Part shown: positions 47,811 through 57,200 of the stretch, in pieces
Layout of the letters: each line of letters begins with the position of its first letter
Numbering within the stretch: the stretch's first letter is position 1
From: Pseudomonadota bacterium
Lineage (GTDB): Bacteria; Pseudomonadota; Alphaproteobacteria; Rhodobacterales; Rhodobacteraceae
NCBI GenBank assembly: GCA_039196345.1
Contig: JBCCUU010000015.1
Span: 482 to 64,481 of the forward strand
Length of the DNA stretch: 64,000 nt
Direction: 5' to 3'
Made by a program: the position numbers and the translations under genes
The notes under the pieces: model-generated
Seen by the model: the letters and a program-made list of their open reading frames with translations, nothing else
The model's database searches: none
Told to the model about the DNA's origin: nothing

Positions 47811-48740
47811 ATGTCTGGGGGGACCATGTCGCGCCTTGGTGGGGCTGCCTTTGCCGCCCTGCGCAACATCGGCCCCAACAACCTCAGTCTCATCGCGGCA
47901 GGTGTCGCGTTCTTTTCGATGCTGTCGATTTTTCCGGCGCTGGCGGCACTGATCGCGGTGCTCAGCCTGATCGCGGACCCGGAAGTGGTCGTCGTGCAGC
48001 TTGAGGAAATGCGCGAGCTCATGCCCGACGATGTCTATGACATCCTGAACGCGCAGATCGTCGGTCTGGTCAGCACCAGCACGGACACATTGGGGTGGAC
48101 CGGGCTTTTGTCGGTCATGGTCGCGCTCTGGTCGGCGCGGGCAGGGGTCGGCGCGATGATCCACGGTCTGAACGTGGTGTACGACCGCGCGGGGCGGAGC
48201 ACATGGCGGCACTATGTGCGTGCCATCCTGCTGACGATTGCCCTTGTCGGGGTGGGGATCGTGGCTTTGCTCACCGTTGTCATCGCCCCTGTCGTTCTGT
48301 CATTCTTTGCTCTAGGCGGCTTTGCGACCGTGCTGATCGGTCTGCTGCGCTGGAGCATTGCGATTGCGGTAATCTTCATTGGCATCGGCTTGCTTTACCG
48401 GTACGGGCCGAACCGGCGACCGAAGCGCACTCGGCTAGTCACCCCGGGATCGGTCTTTGCTGCAACTTCATGGGCCGGGCTCTCCATCGCGTTCTCCTAC
48501 TACGTGACCTATTTCGGCAATTATAACGAGGTTTACGGCTCCATCGGTGCTGTGATCGCGATGCTGGTCTGGCTCTGGCTTAGCAGCTTTCTCGTGCTTT
48601 TTGGCGCGTCGTTCAATGCGCAGCTGGAGGCTGATCAGGAGGATGACATCGCGGAAGCGGAGGACAGCGCCCCTGTTGAGCAGGCGCAGGCTGCCGCCAC
48701 AACCGCCGTGCGACTGTCGGAGGTGCCCACAGGCGACTGA
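47811..48740 (+). CDS. YihY/virulence factor BrkB family membrane protein
   Basis: AAGVAFFSMLSIFP, LYRYGPN, NYNEVYGSIGAVI, GASFNA. Confidence 0.9.
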   Translation: MSGGTMSRLGGAAFAALRNIGPNNLSLIAAGVAFFSMLSIFPALAALIAVLSLIADPEVVVVQLEEMRELMPDDVYDILNAQIVGLVSTSTDTLGWTGLLSVMVALWSARAGVGAMIHGLNVVYDRAGRSTWRHYVRAILLTIALVGVGIVALLTVVIAPVVLSFFALGGFATVLIGLLRWSIAIAVIFIGIGLLYRYGPNRRPKRTRLVTPGSVFAATSWAGLSIAFSYYVTYFGNYNEVYGSIGAVIAMLVWLWLSSFLVLFGASFNAQLEADQEDDIAEAEDSAPVEQAQAAATTAVRLSEVPTGD

Positions 48741-48838
48741 TTTCTCCCTGTGATTGTACTTGCGTCAAAAACCTCTTTCGCGCAGGTTGTAAGAAGGTCG
48801 GTGTCGCGACCGGGTATTGATGTCGATCAGAGGCCACA

Positions 48839-49306
48839 ATGCAAACCCATGCTCCGCAGAAACAAGCCGGCAGGAAACCCACCGACGCAGGTGGCGCGCG
48901 CAGCACGCAGCCCTCAACCGGTTTACAGCGGCGGGCAGATCGCAGCGCACCCGTATCCGCCCTTGCGGCCTTGCAACGCAAGGCTGATCTGGGCGGCAAC
49001 GATACGCTGCAGTTGCGTGCCGTCAAATACGTGACGGCTCACGCCAGGTCTCACTACCATGACGGGTGGGGCGCGAACATGGGCATTCAGGATGACACGA
49101 CGCTCAAATCAAAGGTGCCCAACTCTGTAACCGGATCGGGCAGTATTGACCTTGGTCGTATTGATGCGCCCGACTCCGAACAGGACACCGAAGGGCGCAT
49201 CAAGGCCAAGGATTGCAGCATCGGATACGAAGACAGCCGCTACGGCGATCAAACCCGGATTTTTGCCTGCGGTCCGATCGGGCGGGCCTATTGGCGCGAC
49301 GCCTGA
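48839..49306 (+). CDS. Hypothetical protein with a Gln/Arg-rich leader resembling eCIS-effector N-termini
   Basis: GAGG RBS; LQRRAD...ALAALQRKAD...TLQLR followed by a compact polar domain. Family recognised by eye only. Confidence 0.6.
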   Translation: MQTHAPQKQAGRKPTDAGGARSTQPSTGLQRRADRSAPVSALAALQRKADLGGNDTLQLRAVKYVTAHARSHYHDGWGANMGIQDDTTLKSKVPNSVTGSGSIDLGRIDAPDSEQDTEGRIKAKDCSIGYEDSRYGDQTRIFACGPIGRAYWRDA

Positions 49307-49324
49307 TCGAGTGCCGAAGACCGC

Positions 49325-50134
49325 TCAGGTCTTCAAGGTCTCCGTCGACGAGAAGAACATCGCCTGGCTGACCGCTGACATCACCTGTTCCTCCGCATAG
49401 GGTTTGGAGATCAGGAACGCGGGCTCATGTTTTTCACCGGTGAGCAACCGCTCGGGGAAGGCGGTGATGAAAATGACGGGACGATCGCCCAGGTCTTTCA
49501 TCAATTCGTTCACCGCGTCGATGCCGGAGGAATTGTCCGCCAGTTGGATATCGGCGAGGATCAGGTCAGGCGGGTCCGACTTGCCCAGGTCCACCGCTTC
49601 GCCATGGGTGCGGGCAATGCCCGTCACCCGGTGCCCCATATCGGAGATGATGGTTTCAAGGTCCATGGCGATAATGGCCTCGTCCTCGATAATCATCACG
49701 GACCCCGACACCGCATCAGACATTTCACGCCGCGCAATCTGGACGAGTTCCGCCGCCTCCGCCTGGTCGATGCCGATGATGTCCGCGATCTTGTCGAAAG
49801 AAAACCCTTCGAGCGTGTGCAAGAGCAGCGCTTCGCGGCTGTTGTCGGTCAAAAGGGCCATGTGTTTCTGCGCGCGGGCCTTAAGCCCGCTCTCGCCTTC
49901 GTCAACCGGTGCTCCCGCGCTCGACCAGATACGGTAAAGCACGCGAAAGAGGCCGGTCTTCATATCAACGCCGTCCATCACCGACCGGTCGGTCAGGATC
50001 GTCTCCAGGGTCGCGGCCGCAAAGCTGTCCCCGCTGGACTGGCTGCCCGTCATGGCGCGCGCAAACCGGCGCAAATAGGGCAAATGCGTTGCAAGATGGC
50101 TACTGAAATCCTGCGTATGCGTACTATCTGACAT
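49325..50134 (-). CDS. phyR: Anti-anti-sigma response regulator PhyR
   Basis: LPYLRRFARAMTGSQSSGD sigma-like domain plus receiver IIEDEAIIAMD, LADIQLAD, FITAFPE, KP. Confidence 0.95.
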   Translation of the reverse strand: MSDSTHTQDFSSHLATHLPYLRRFARAMTGSQSSGDSFAAATLETILTDRSVMDGVDMKTGLFRVLYRIWSSAGAPVDEGESGLKARAQKHMALLTDNSREALLLHTLEGFSFDKIADIIGIDQAEAAELVQIARREMSDAVSGSVMIIEDEAIIAMDLETIISDMGHRVTGIARTHGEAVDLGKSDPPDLILADIQLADNSSGIDAVNELMKDLGDRPVIFITAFPERLLTGEKHEPAFLISKPYAEEQVMSAVSQAMFFSSTETLKT

Positions 50135-50161
50135 GGTGTCGTCCTTTTTTTCACCTTGGTG

Positions 50162-50187
50162 GGAACCAAATAGTGATCTGTGACGTT
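50162..50187 (+). promoter_or_regulatory. EcfG-type promoter of nepR-ecfG
   Basis: GGAAC-N17-CGTT. Confidence 0.82.
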
Positions 50188-50240
50188 AAGTTGCAGTTGG
50201 CTTGACAAGTTTCAACCGGTTTCGGGGATAAATGGTCATT

Positions 50241-50399
50241 ATGGCTCAGTCTGGTGCGCAGCGAAAACGCGAAAAGATCATTGATGAGAACCTCAGGCGC
50301 GTCTATGACGAGGCGCTCGAGGAAGGCGTGCCTGACCGCTTTCGCGTGCTTCTCGATGCCCTGAAACAACAGGATCAGGCAAAAGGGTCAGACGGATGA
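50241..50399 (+). CDS. nepR: Anti-sigma factor NepR
   Basis: Manual translation MAQSGAQRKREKIIDENLRRVYDEALEEGVPDRFRVLLDALKQQ; stop overlaps the ecfG ATG. Below the ORF-track cutoff. Confidence 0.92.
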   Translation: MAQSGAQRKREKIIDENLRRVYDEALEEGVPDRFRVLLDALKQQDQAKGSDG

Positions 50400-50953
50400 G
50401 TGCGCCAGACCCGAAGGAGGAGCTGGTATCCCATCTGCCCGCGATGCGCGCCTTCGCAATCAACCTCACCCGTAATCCGGCAACCGCGGACGACATGGTG
50501 CAGGATGCCGTGGAAAAGGCATGGAGCAATTTCGACAAGTTCGAAGCCGGAACGAATATGCGCGCGTGGTTGTTCACCATTCTGCGCAATACGTTTTATT
50601 CCTCTCAGCGCAAGGCAAAGCGCGAGGTGGCTGACGTTGACGGCGTTCATACCGAGGCGCTTGCGGAAAAGCCGCTGCATGACGGCAGGTTGCAGATGAA
50701 CGATTTCAGGTCCGCTTTTTCACAGTTGTCCGATGAGCATCGTGAGGTTTTGCTGCTTGTCGGGGCGTCGGGCTTTTCCTATGAAGAGGCGGCAGAGATG
50801 TGCGATGTCGCGGTTGGCACGATCAAAAGCCGCACGGGGCGTGCGCGCCAGCGGCTGGCGGAGCTGATGGACCTGGAAGAGGAAGACACGCTGGAAATGA
50901 CCGATGATGCGACTCTTTCGGTTCTGACGGCGGCAAAGGCCGCATCTTTCTGA
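50396..50953 (+). CDS. ecfG: ECF sigma factor of the general stress response
   Basis: ADDMVQDA, GTNMRAWLFTILRN, GFSYEEAAEMC, GTIKSR; synteny with phyR and nepR. Confidence 0.93.
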   Translation: MSAPDPKEELVSHLPAMRAFAINLTRNPATADDMVQDAVEKAWSNFDKFEAGTNMRAWLFTILRNTFYSSQRKAKREVADVDGVHTEALAEKPLHDGRLQMNDFRSAFSQLSDEHREVLLLVGASGFSYEEAAEMCDVAVGTIKSRTGRARQRLAELMDLEEEDTLEMTDDATLSVLTAAKAASF

Positions 50954-50954
50954 C

Positions 50955-52679
50955 ATGACCGGCGGGTTTCTGGACGGCGATATCTTTCGCGGTCTTGCTT
51001 TTCGTATTCTGCTGTTTCTGACGCTGGCGCTGCTGCCCTTTGGCCTGATCTCGGTCTTCCAGACACGGGAGATCGTGCGCCAGGCGGATTCCAATTCGGA
51101 ACTGTCGCTGCTCGCGCTCACCGATCAGGCCGCCAGTGCGGAACGGTCGATCTTTCAGGAAGGGTTTGGCGCAGCAGAGGCCTTGAGCGCATTAGCGCAG
51201 CTTTACGCGCGCGATCCGGGCGCCTGTTCCTCCTTTCTGGCAGCGTACCGCCGGGCGGTGGGTCTTTATTCCTTCATTGGTTACCTGCCCCCTGATGGCA
51301 TCATGGAGTGTTCGTCGGCTGGGCGGACCATTGATTTCAGCGAATTTCCCGGCTTTGCCGAAGAAGTGCGCAAGGCGCGCAGACAAGTGATCTGGAACCC
51401 CGAGGGTATTATCAGCAGCCAGCCCGTCATCGTGCTGTCCCAGCCGTTCTTCACGCGGGCTGGGTTTGCCGGATTCATGACAATGTCGGTGCCGTTGCAG
51501 GTCATCTCGGCAGAGATGAACGATGTGCTGGACGGGATGCCGGCAGAGCTTGTGACCTTCAACGCGGACGGCAGGGTCATCCGCGCAAGCCGCCCGCACA
51601 ACGAGACCTTCGCCGATATGCCGACGGAGCTTGACCTGAAGAAACTCGTCGGCAGCAAACCGCATGTTTTTGAGGATGTGAACCGCGCGGGTGATCCGCG
51701 TCTCTATGCTGTTGTGCCCATTGTGCCGGATGTCGCCTACGCCATGAGCATCTGGCGCCCGGATGAAATGCAGTCGAGCCTGCAACAATCCATCGGGCTC
51801 AGCATGTTTTTGCCCGTCATCATGTGGTTGGCCAGTCTGATCGTGGCCTTCTGGTCGCTCAACCGTCTCGCTGTGCGCCATATCCGCAAGCTCGGGCGGC
51901 AAATGCGGCTCTTTGCCTATAACCGGCGGGTGCCGCGCACGTCGCTGGGCAGTGGTGTGCCCCGCGAACTGGTGGAAATCCAGAAAGCCTTCGTGCGAAT
52001 GGCGGATTCGATTGTCCGCGATGAGGCCGCTCTTGAGGACAGCCTGCGTGACAAGAACATCCTGCTCAAGGAGGTGCACCACCGGGTCAAGAATAACCTG
52101 CAACTCATTTCCTCGATCATGAACATGCAGATCAGGCGGGCCCAGACGGAGGACGCACGGCAGGTTCTCAAGCGCCTTCAGGACCGTATCCTGAGCCTCG
52201 CGACCGTGCACAAGAACCTCTATCAGACCGAAGATCTGGACCGCGTCGACGCGGGTACTCTGCTGGAAGAGATCGTAGGTCAATTGCTGGCGGTGGGGAT
52301 GTCGCGCAGCGATGGCGTGAATATCACGCAATCCTACGATGCGATCCGGATGGATGCGGATGACGCGGCCCCCCTGACACTGCTGGTGTCCGAGGCGGTG
52401 ACCAATGCGCTCAAATACCTTGGCCCGCCAGACAAGGGCGGCCCGCCCAAACTGGAGATATCTCTGACATCGCTGCCGGACGCGAAAGCCTGCTTCAGGA
52501 TCATGAATTCGACCTCCGGCGCGCAGGGCAGTGAAGGCACGGGGCTTGGCACGCAACTCATCAGCGCCTTCACGCGGCAGTTGAACGGTGACGTGGATGT
52601 CGGCTTTGAGGCAGACGAGCACTGGCTTGCGGTGACGTTCCCGGTCCGCCAACGCGACAAGGTCGCTTACGATTTCTGA
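50955..52679 (+). CDS. Membrane sensor histidine kinase (HisKA_2-type)
   Basis: Two TM segments around a Cache-like domain, KEVHHRVKNNLQ, EAVTNALKY, GLGTQLI. Confidence 0.9.
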   Translation: MTGGFLDGDIFRGLAFRILLFLTLALLPFGLISVFQTREIVRQADSNSELSLLALTDQAASAERSIFQEGFGAAEALSALAQLYARDPGACSSFLAAYRRAVGLYSFIGYLPPDGIMECSSAGRTIDFSEFPGFAEEVRKARRQVIWNPEGIISSQPVIVLSQPFFTRAGFAGFMTMSVPLQVISAEMNDVLDGMPAELVTFNADGRVIRASRPHNETFADMPTELDLKKLVGSKPHVFEDVNRAGDPRLYAVVPIVPDVAYAMSIWRPDEMQSSLQQSIGLSMFLPVIMWLASLIVAFWSLNRLAVRHIRKLGRQMRLFAYNRRVPRTSLGSGVPRELVEIQKAFVRMADSIVRDEAALEDSLRDKNILLKEVHHRVKNNLQLISSIMNMQIRRAQTEDARQVLKRLQDRILSLATVHKNLYQTEDLDRVDAGTLLEEIVGQLLAVGMSRSDGVNITQSYDAIRMDADDAAPLTLLVSEAVTNALKYLGPPDKGGPPKLEISLTSLPDAKACFRIMNSTSGAQGSEGTGLGTQLISAFTRQLNGDVDVGFEADEHWLAVTFPVRQRDKVAYDF

Positions 52680-52730
52680 ACCTATGGATGTTAACCACGG
52701 GCATGACTGCACCTGAAAGAAGGGACAGAT

Positions 52731-52838
52731 ATGTCAGTTGAGCTGTTTGCAATGGGGTCCGGTGGATTGGCGCTTGTTGTCCTCGTGGTCATGGTTGCGA
52801 CGCGCGTTGAGACGGGCTGCGGTCGCAAACGGGATTGA
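52731..52838 (+). CDS. Putative 35-aa single-pass membrane protein
   Basis: GAAGGGA RBS; MSVELFAMGSGGLALVVLVVMVATRVETGCGRKRD*. Confidence 0.4.
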   Translation: MSVELFAMGSGGLALVVLVVMVATRVETGCGRKRD

Positions 52839-52844
52839 TCCGGT

Positions 52845-54470
52845 TCAGAAATCGGGTGCGGCGAAACTTTCGCTGGAGGCACGCCGCCACCGCTTGCGGT
52901 AATCGGCCATGATCCCATCCTCATAACCATCCTTCAAAAGGAACTCTTCCGGCAGGTAGGCAAAGGTCTCCGAGGCTTCGGCCATCTCCTTGTTGCCAAG
53001 GCGGAGCATCATGTGTTGCGGCATGAATTTCCCCGGGTGGGTCAGACCTGCCGCCCCGGTCATTTCCCCAAGGGCGGCCAAGGTGTTGCCGTGATACCGC
53101 GCCACGCGTTCCGATTTGGACGACACATCCAGCGCCCGGGCGCGCAACGGGTCCTGCGTGGCCACGCCCACCGGGCAGTGGTTGGTATGGCAGGCCTGCG
53201 CCTGAATGCAGCCAATCGCAAACATGTAGCCACGGGCCGAGTTGCACCAATCCGCGCCAAGCGCCAGGGCCCGCGCGATGTCAAAGGCCGATACGATCTT
53301 GCCGGCCGCCCCGATCCTGACCTGATGCCGCAGACCGGCCCCGCGCAGGGTATTGTGGACAAAGGTCAGCCCTTCGATCATCGGCATGCCAACGTGGTTG
53401 GCGAATTCCACCGGTGCGGCCCCGGTGCCCCCCTCTGTCCCATCCACGACAATGAAATCAGGAACCACACCGGTCTCCAGCATGGCCTTGACCATGCACA
53501 TGAATTCACGCCTGTGGCCGATACAGAGCTTGAACCCCACGGGTTTGCCACCTGACAACTCCCGCAATTGCGCGATGAACGCCATCAGCTCCCTAGGTGT
53601 GGAGAACGCCGGATGGGCGGCGGGAGAGACACAATCGACCCCCATGGGGATATGGCGGGCCTCTGCGATCTCCGGCGTGATCTTGGAGGCGGGCAGCATC
53701 CCGCCATGTCCCGGTTTGGCCCCCTGGCTCAGCTTGATTTCAATCATCTTGATCTGTTCAAGGCTCGCCGTCTCCCTGAATTTGTCGGGGTTGAAATTCC
53801 CGTCGTCATAGCGGCACCCGAAATAGCCCGAAGCAACCTGAAAAATCAGGTCCCCGCCGCCCAGTTTGTGATACTTGCTGACCGAGCCTTCGCCGGTGTC
53901 ATGGGCAAATCCACCCATCTTTGCGCCCCTGTTCAACGCCTCGATGGCATTTCCGGAGAGCGATCCAAAACTCATCGCGGAGATATTGTAGAGCGACGCG
54001 CTGTAGGGCTGCTTGCAGTCGGGTCCGCCGATGGTGACACGAAAATCCGTGTCGGTGATGTGGATCGGATTGACGGAATGGGTGACCCAGGCGTAGCCCG
54101 CGTCATAGGCTCTCATCCGCGAGCCGAAGGGGCGTTTGTCTTCCTGTCCCTTGGCACGCTGATAGACGAGGGAGCGCGCATCGCGGGAAAAGGGTTCCTC
54201 ATCCTGATCGGACTCGATCAGGTATTGACGGATTTCGGGGCGGATGCCTTCGAACAGGAACCGCATGTGCCCCAGCACCGGGTAATTTCGCAAAATGGCG
54301 TGATGCGGCTGGCGCAGATCGTGAATCCCGAGAAGAGTGAGTGCGACAAAGAAGACCAGCGGAACTAGGAACCACGCGCTCCAGACCGCTGCCGCGATCA
54401 GACAGACCAACGTCAGAAAGGCGACAAGCCCGAGCGTCGCAAACCGTGTAAAGGGCTCAAGCTGGTGCAT
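52845..54470 (-). CDS. FMN-binding glutamate synthase family protein
   Basis: NISAMSFGSLS, HDTGEG, EIKLSQGAKPGHGG, DGTEGGTGAAP, CIQAQACHTNHCPVG; N-terminal TM segments. Confidence 0.92.
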   Translation of the reverse strand: MHQLEPFTRFATLGLVAFLTLVCLIAAAVWSAWFLVPLVFFVALTLLGIHDLRQPHHAILRNYPVLGHMRFLFEGIRPEIRQYLIESDQDEEPFSRDARSLVYQRAKGQEDKRPFGSRMRAYDAGYAWVTHSVNPIHITDTDFRVTIGGPDCKQPYSASLYNISAMSFGSLSGNAIEALNRGAKMGGFAHDTGEGSVSKYHKLGGGDLIFQVASGYFGCRYDDGNFNPDKFRETASLEQIKMIEIKLSQGAKPGHGGMLPASKITPEIAEARHIPMGVDCVSPAAHPAFSTPRELMAFIAQLRELSGGKPVGFKLCIGHRREFMCMVKAMLETGVVPDFIVVDGTEGGTGAAPVEFANHVGMPMIEGLTFVHNTLRGAGLRHQVRIGAAGKIVSAFDIARALALGADWCNSARGYMFAIGCIQAQACHTNHCPVGVATQDPLRARALDVSSKSERVARYHGNTLAALGEMTGAAGLTHPGKFMPQHMMLRLGNKEMAEASETFAYLPEEFLLKDGYEDGIMADYRKRWRRASSESFAAPDF

Positions 54471-54560
54471 GGCGAGATCCTTTTGAAATCCTGGCTCCGT
54501 TTTCAAAGTGATCGTGGGCCATGGCTGGTGTTTGTGCAAGCTGCTGTGTCTTGCCTGATC

Positions 54561-55118
54561 CTAACGCAGTGCGGTCCGCGCAAGATACGCTGCAAGGTTC
54601 AGGATCACCTCGCCCCGGGCCGCCGCGACAGCGGCAGGACCTGCCTCGGGGTCAAAAGGCACGGAGAGGTTGAATATGCCGGAGCGTTCGCGCCGCCCGT
54701 CTGCCACCGCCACGAAGTACTGGCCGGTGGTCCGGAAACTGCCGTCCACACCCGCCACCAGCGTCTCGAACCGCAGATCAAGCCGGGCGTCGGGCAGGGC
54801 CTCGAAAGGCCATGGGTTGGAGGCAACGCGCGCGCCGGTGATCTGCGCAAGATGTCGGCTCAGCTCCAACGCAACGGCGCGGTCGGGCGTATCCGCCCAT
54901 AAGACCCCATCACTCACGAGTTTGCCGTCCGCCGCGCGGCGCACGATTTCATCGTCTGCGGCATAGGCGGGCAGGGACACATCGCGGATCTCGACAGCGC
55001 GAAAGGCGATGCGCTGGCTCTGTGTGGCCTGCGGAGAGGTCACGATATAGCGGTCACTTGCACCGCCACAGGCGCTCAACGCGACAAGCGCCGGGATCAA
55101 AAGGGCAAAAGGCTTCAT
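54561..55118 (-). CDS. pqiC: PqiC family lipoprotein
   Basis: Lipobox LSAC, VSLPAYA, LWAD; operon with pqiAB. Confidence 0.85.
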   Translation of the reverse strand: MKPFALLIPALVALSACGGASDRYIVTSPQATQSQRIAFRAVEIRDVSLPAYAADDEIVRRAADGKLVSDGVLWADTPDRAVALELSRHLAQITGARVASNPWPFEALPDARLDLRFETLVAGVDGSFRTTGQYFVAVADGRRERSGIFNLSVPFDPEAGPAAVAAARGEVILNLAAYLARTALR

Positions 55119-57200
55119 TTATCGTCCTCGAATAAGGGCGCTGGGGTTGCGTTCCAGCAGCCGGGCCAGGGCGGAGATTGCCCGCGACGCCTCAGAGATG
55201 TCCTGCAACGCGGCCTGTGCGTCACGGCTGATGACCTCACCCTTGTTGTAACCTGCAATGGTGGCGCTGGCCTGATCGAACACCTCCGTGATGCGCTCCA
55301 CCAGATCGGGCAATTCCGCCGCCGAGATTGCGACCGCATCCGCCGCCGCCCGGGTCGAGGCCAATGTCGCGTTCACATTGGTCACCGCGCCGCCTTCGCG
55401 CAACTCCGCCAGCGTGCGGTTCAATTCATCCAGCGCGCCGGCAAGCGATGCGGGCAATTGTTGCATGGCGGGGGCGCTGACCACCGCGTCGGCTGACTTG
55501 AGGATCTCCGTCACCTGATCGGTCAGTTCTTCCAGCGGAAGGACCTGCGCCTTGGCAGCCACCTCCACCAGCCGGTCCACCAAAGCGGGGACGCCATCGA
55601 CCGCCCCGTCAAGATTTGCCGCCGCAGCCGTGGTCGCGTCAATCGCCGCCAGCACGCGCGCGACCGCCTGTTCTTCCTCGATCTGCGCCAGTATCGCATC
55701 CAGCCGCCCGAGCGCGGCGTTCATCGTAACGGGAATGTCCTTGACGCTTTGCGAGGTGACGACACCCCGGATGTCGCTCAGCAGCCCGCGCAGGTCTTCG
55801 GGGGCTTCCCGTATCGCCTCGCTGTTCACGATGGTACGCGCGCTTTCCATGAAGCCAATGGCGCTGCGCAAAAGCTCTTCGATGGGCAGGCTGTTGATCC
55901 TGTTGAAGACCCCTTCGACGGTGGCGGCAGTATCCGTGACCTGGCTTTCCGTCGTTGGCATAATCGGGGTGGCGCCATCCTCGATCACCAGTTCGGCAGG
56001 CTCGGCATCCTCGACCAAGACAAGTTCGACCTTGAGCCCGCCGGTCAGCAGACTGCCCGACGCCAGCCGCGCGCGCAGACCCGAGGCGACCCGCTCCTGC
56101 AGAAACGCCAGGGCATCTTCGGTCGTGATCTCGCCCCTCAACCCAAGCCGGGAAGGCTGGATGCCCAGGATCACGTTGAGGCGCACCCGGCTATCTCCGT
56201 AGGTTTCCGGGTCAACCAGCCCGGACAGATGCTGCACCGTGCCAACTTGCAGGCCGTTCAACTCCACCGGCGCATCCAGCGCGAGGCCCGAGATGTTGTC
56301 CTCGAAGACCACCCGCAGTTCGAGGCTCGCCACTTCAGAGGTGTTGAACACGCTGTTTCGCGCCTCAAGCTCGGACGGGTAGACCTCGAAAACGGACCCG
56401 TCGCCAACCGGCTCCGTGCCGGAGACGAAGGTGTCGAAGGTGATGCCGCCACCTAGAAGCGTCGCGATGGATGTGAAGTCGATTTCAGCGCCGTTGGGCC
56501 CCAAGGAGACGCTGAACCCCGAGGTGTCCCAAAAGCGCGTTGCGGGCGTCACCAACCGGCCATAGGGCTCATAAATCACCGCTTCGGCGATGGCAAAACT
56601 GCCTTGCGGCGATACCCGCGCCGGGCCCACGCGCCCGATTTCCACGCCGCGATAAAGGATCGGCACATTGGCACTCAGATTGCCTCCGGGAACGGAGCGA
56701 AGCGCAAATTGCAGCCCCTCTTCGCCGGACCGGTAGAGCGGCGAGGTATTCAGCCCCTTGAACGAGGTTGCCGCAGGCCCGATTTCACTGTCCCATGATC
56801 CTTCGATGAACACCCCGCTCAGCACCGTATCGAGCCCGCTGACACCGCTGGCTGAAAGCTCGGGCCGGACCACCCAGAAGGTGGCAGCTGAATCCACGTA
56901 TTGCGCCATATCCTTGTCAATACGGACACTGGCAAGCACGCTGCGCAACCCTTCGCCGAAGTGCAACTCCTCCACCAGCCCGATTTTCACGTCGCGAAAC
57001 CGGAGCTCGGTCTCCTTGGGCGCAATACCGGCGCCGTCTTCAAACTCGATTGTAATCAGGGGGCCCCGGTCATTGTAGGATTGCCAGGCGACACCCAGCG
57101 CCGTGACAAGAGCGAGCAGGGGAATGACCCAAACCACGGACAGACCGCTCAACCACGAGCGGCCTTTTTGTTCTATCGTCACGGGCGGTATGTCAGTCAT
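55119..57200 (-). CDS. pqiB: PqiB/MCE-domain intermembrane transport protein
   Basis: VWVIPL, FWVVRP, GLDTVLSG, LYRGVEIG, FWDTSG, GLRARL. Confidence 0.92.
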   Translation of the reverse strand: MTDIPPVTIEQKGRSWLSGLSVVWVIPLLALVTALGVAWQSYNDRGPLITIEFEDGAGIAPKETELRFRDVKIGLVEELHFGEGLRSVLASVRIDKDMAQYVDSAATFWVVRPELSASGVSGLDTVLSGVFIEGSWDSEIGPAATSFKGLNTSPLYRSGEEGLQFALRSVPGGNLSANVPILYRGVEIGRVGPARVSPQGSFAIAEAVIYEPYGRLVTPATRFWDTSGFSVSLGPNGAEIDFTSIATLLGGGITFDTFVSGTEPVGDGSVFEVYPSELEARNSVFNTSEVASLELRVVFEDNISGLALDAPVELNGLQVGTVQHLSGLVDPETYGDSRVRLNVILGIQPSRLGLRGEITTEDALAFLQERVASGLRARLASGSLLTGGLKVELVLVEDAEPAELVIEDGATPIMPTTESQVTDTAATVEGVFNRINSLPIEELLRSAIGFMESARTIVNSEAIREAPEDLRGLLSDIRGVVTSQSVKDIPVTMNAALGRLDAILAQIEEEQAVARVLAAIDATTAAAANLDGAVDGVPALVDRLVEVAAKAQVLPLEELTDQVTEILKSADAVVSAPAMQQLPASLAGALDELNRTLAELREGGAVTNVNATLASTRAAADAVAISAAELPDLVERITEVFDQASATIAGYNKGEVISRDAQAALQDISEASRAISALARLLERNPSALIRGR

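Noticed and set aside
50188-50213. Possible EcfG promoter for phyR (GAAAC-N17-ACTT on the minus strand)
   Set aside because: Both elements deviate from GGAAC/CGTT; plausible but not supportable without TSS data.
54482-54507. TTTGAAA...TTTCAAA inverted repeat upstream of the glutamate-synthase-like gene
   Set aside because: Short, single occurrence and no candidate regulator.
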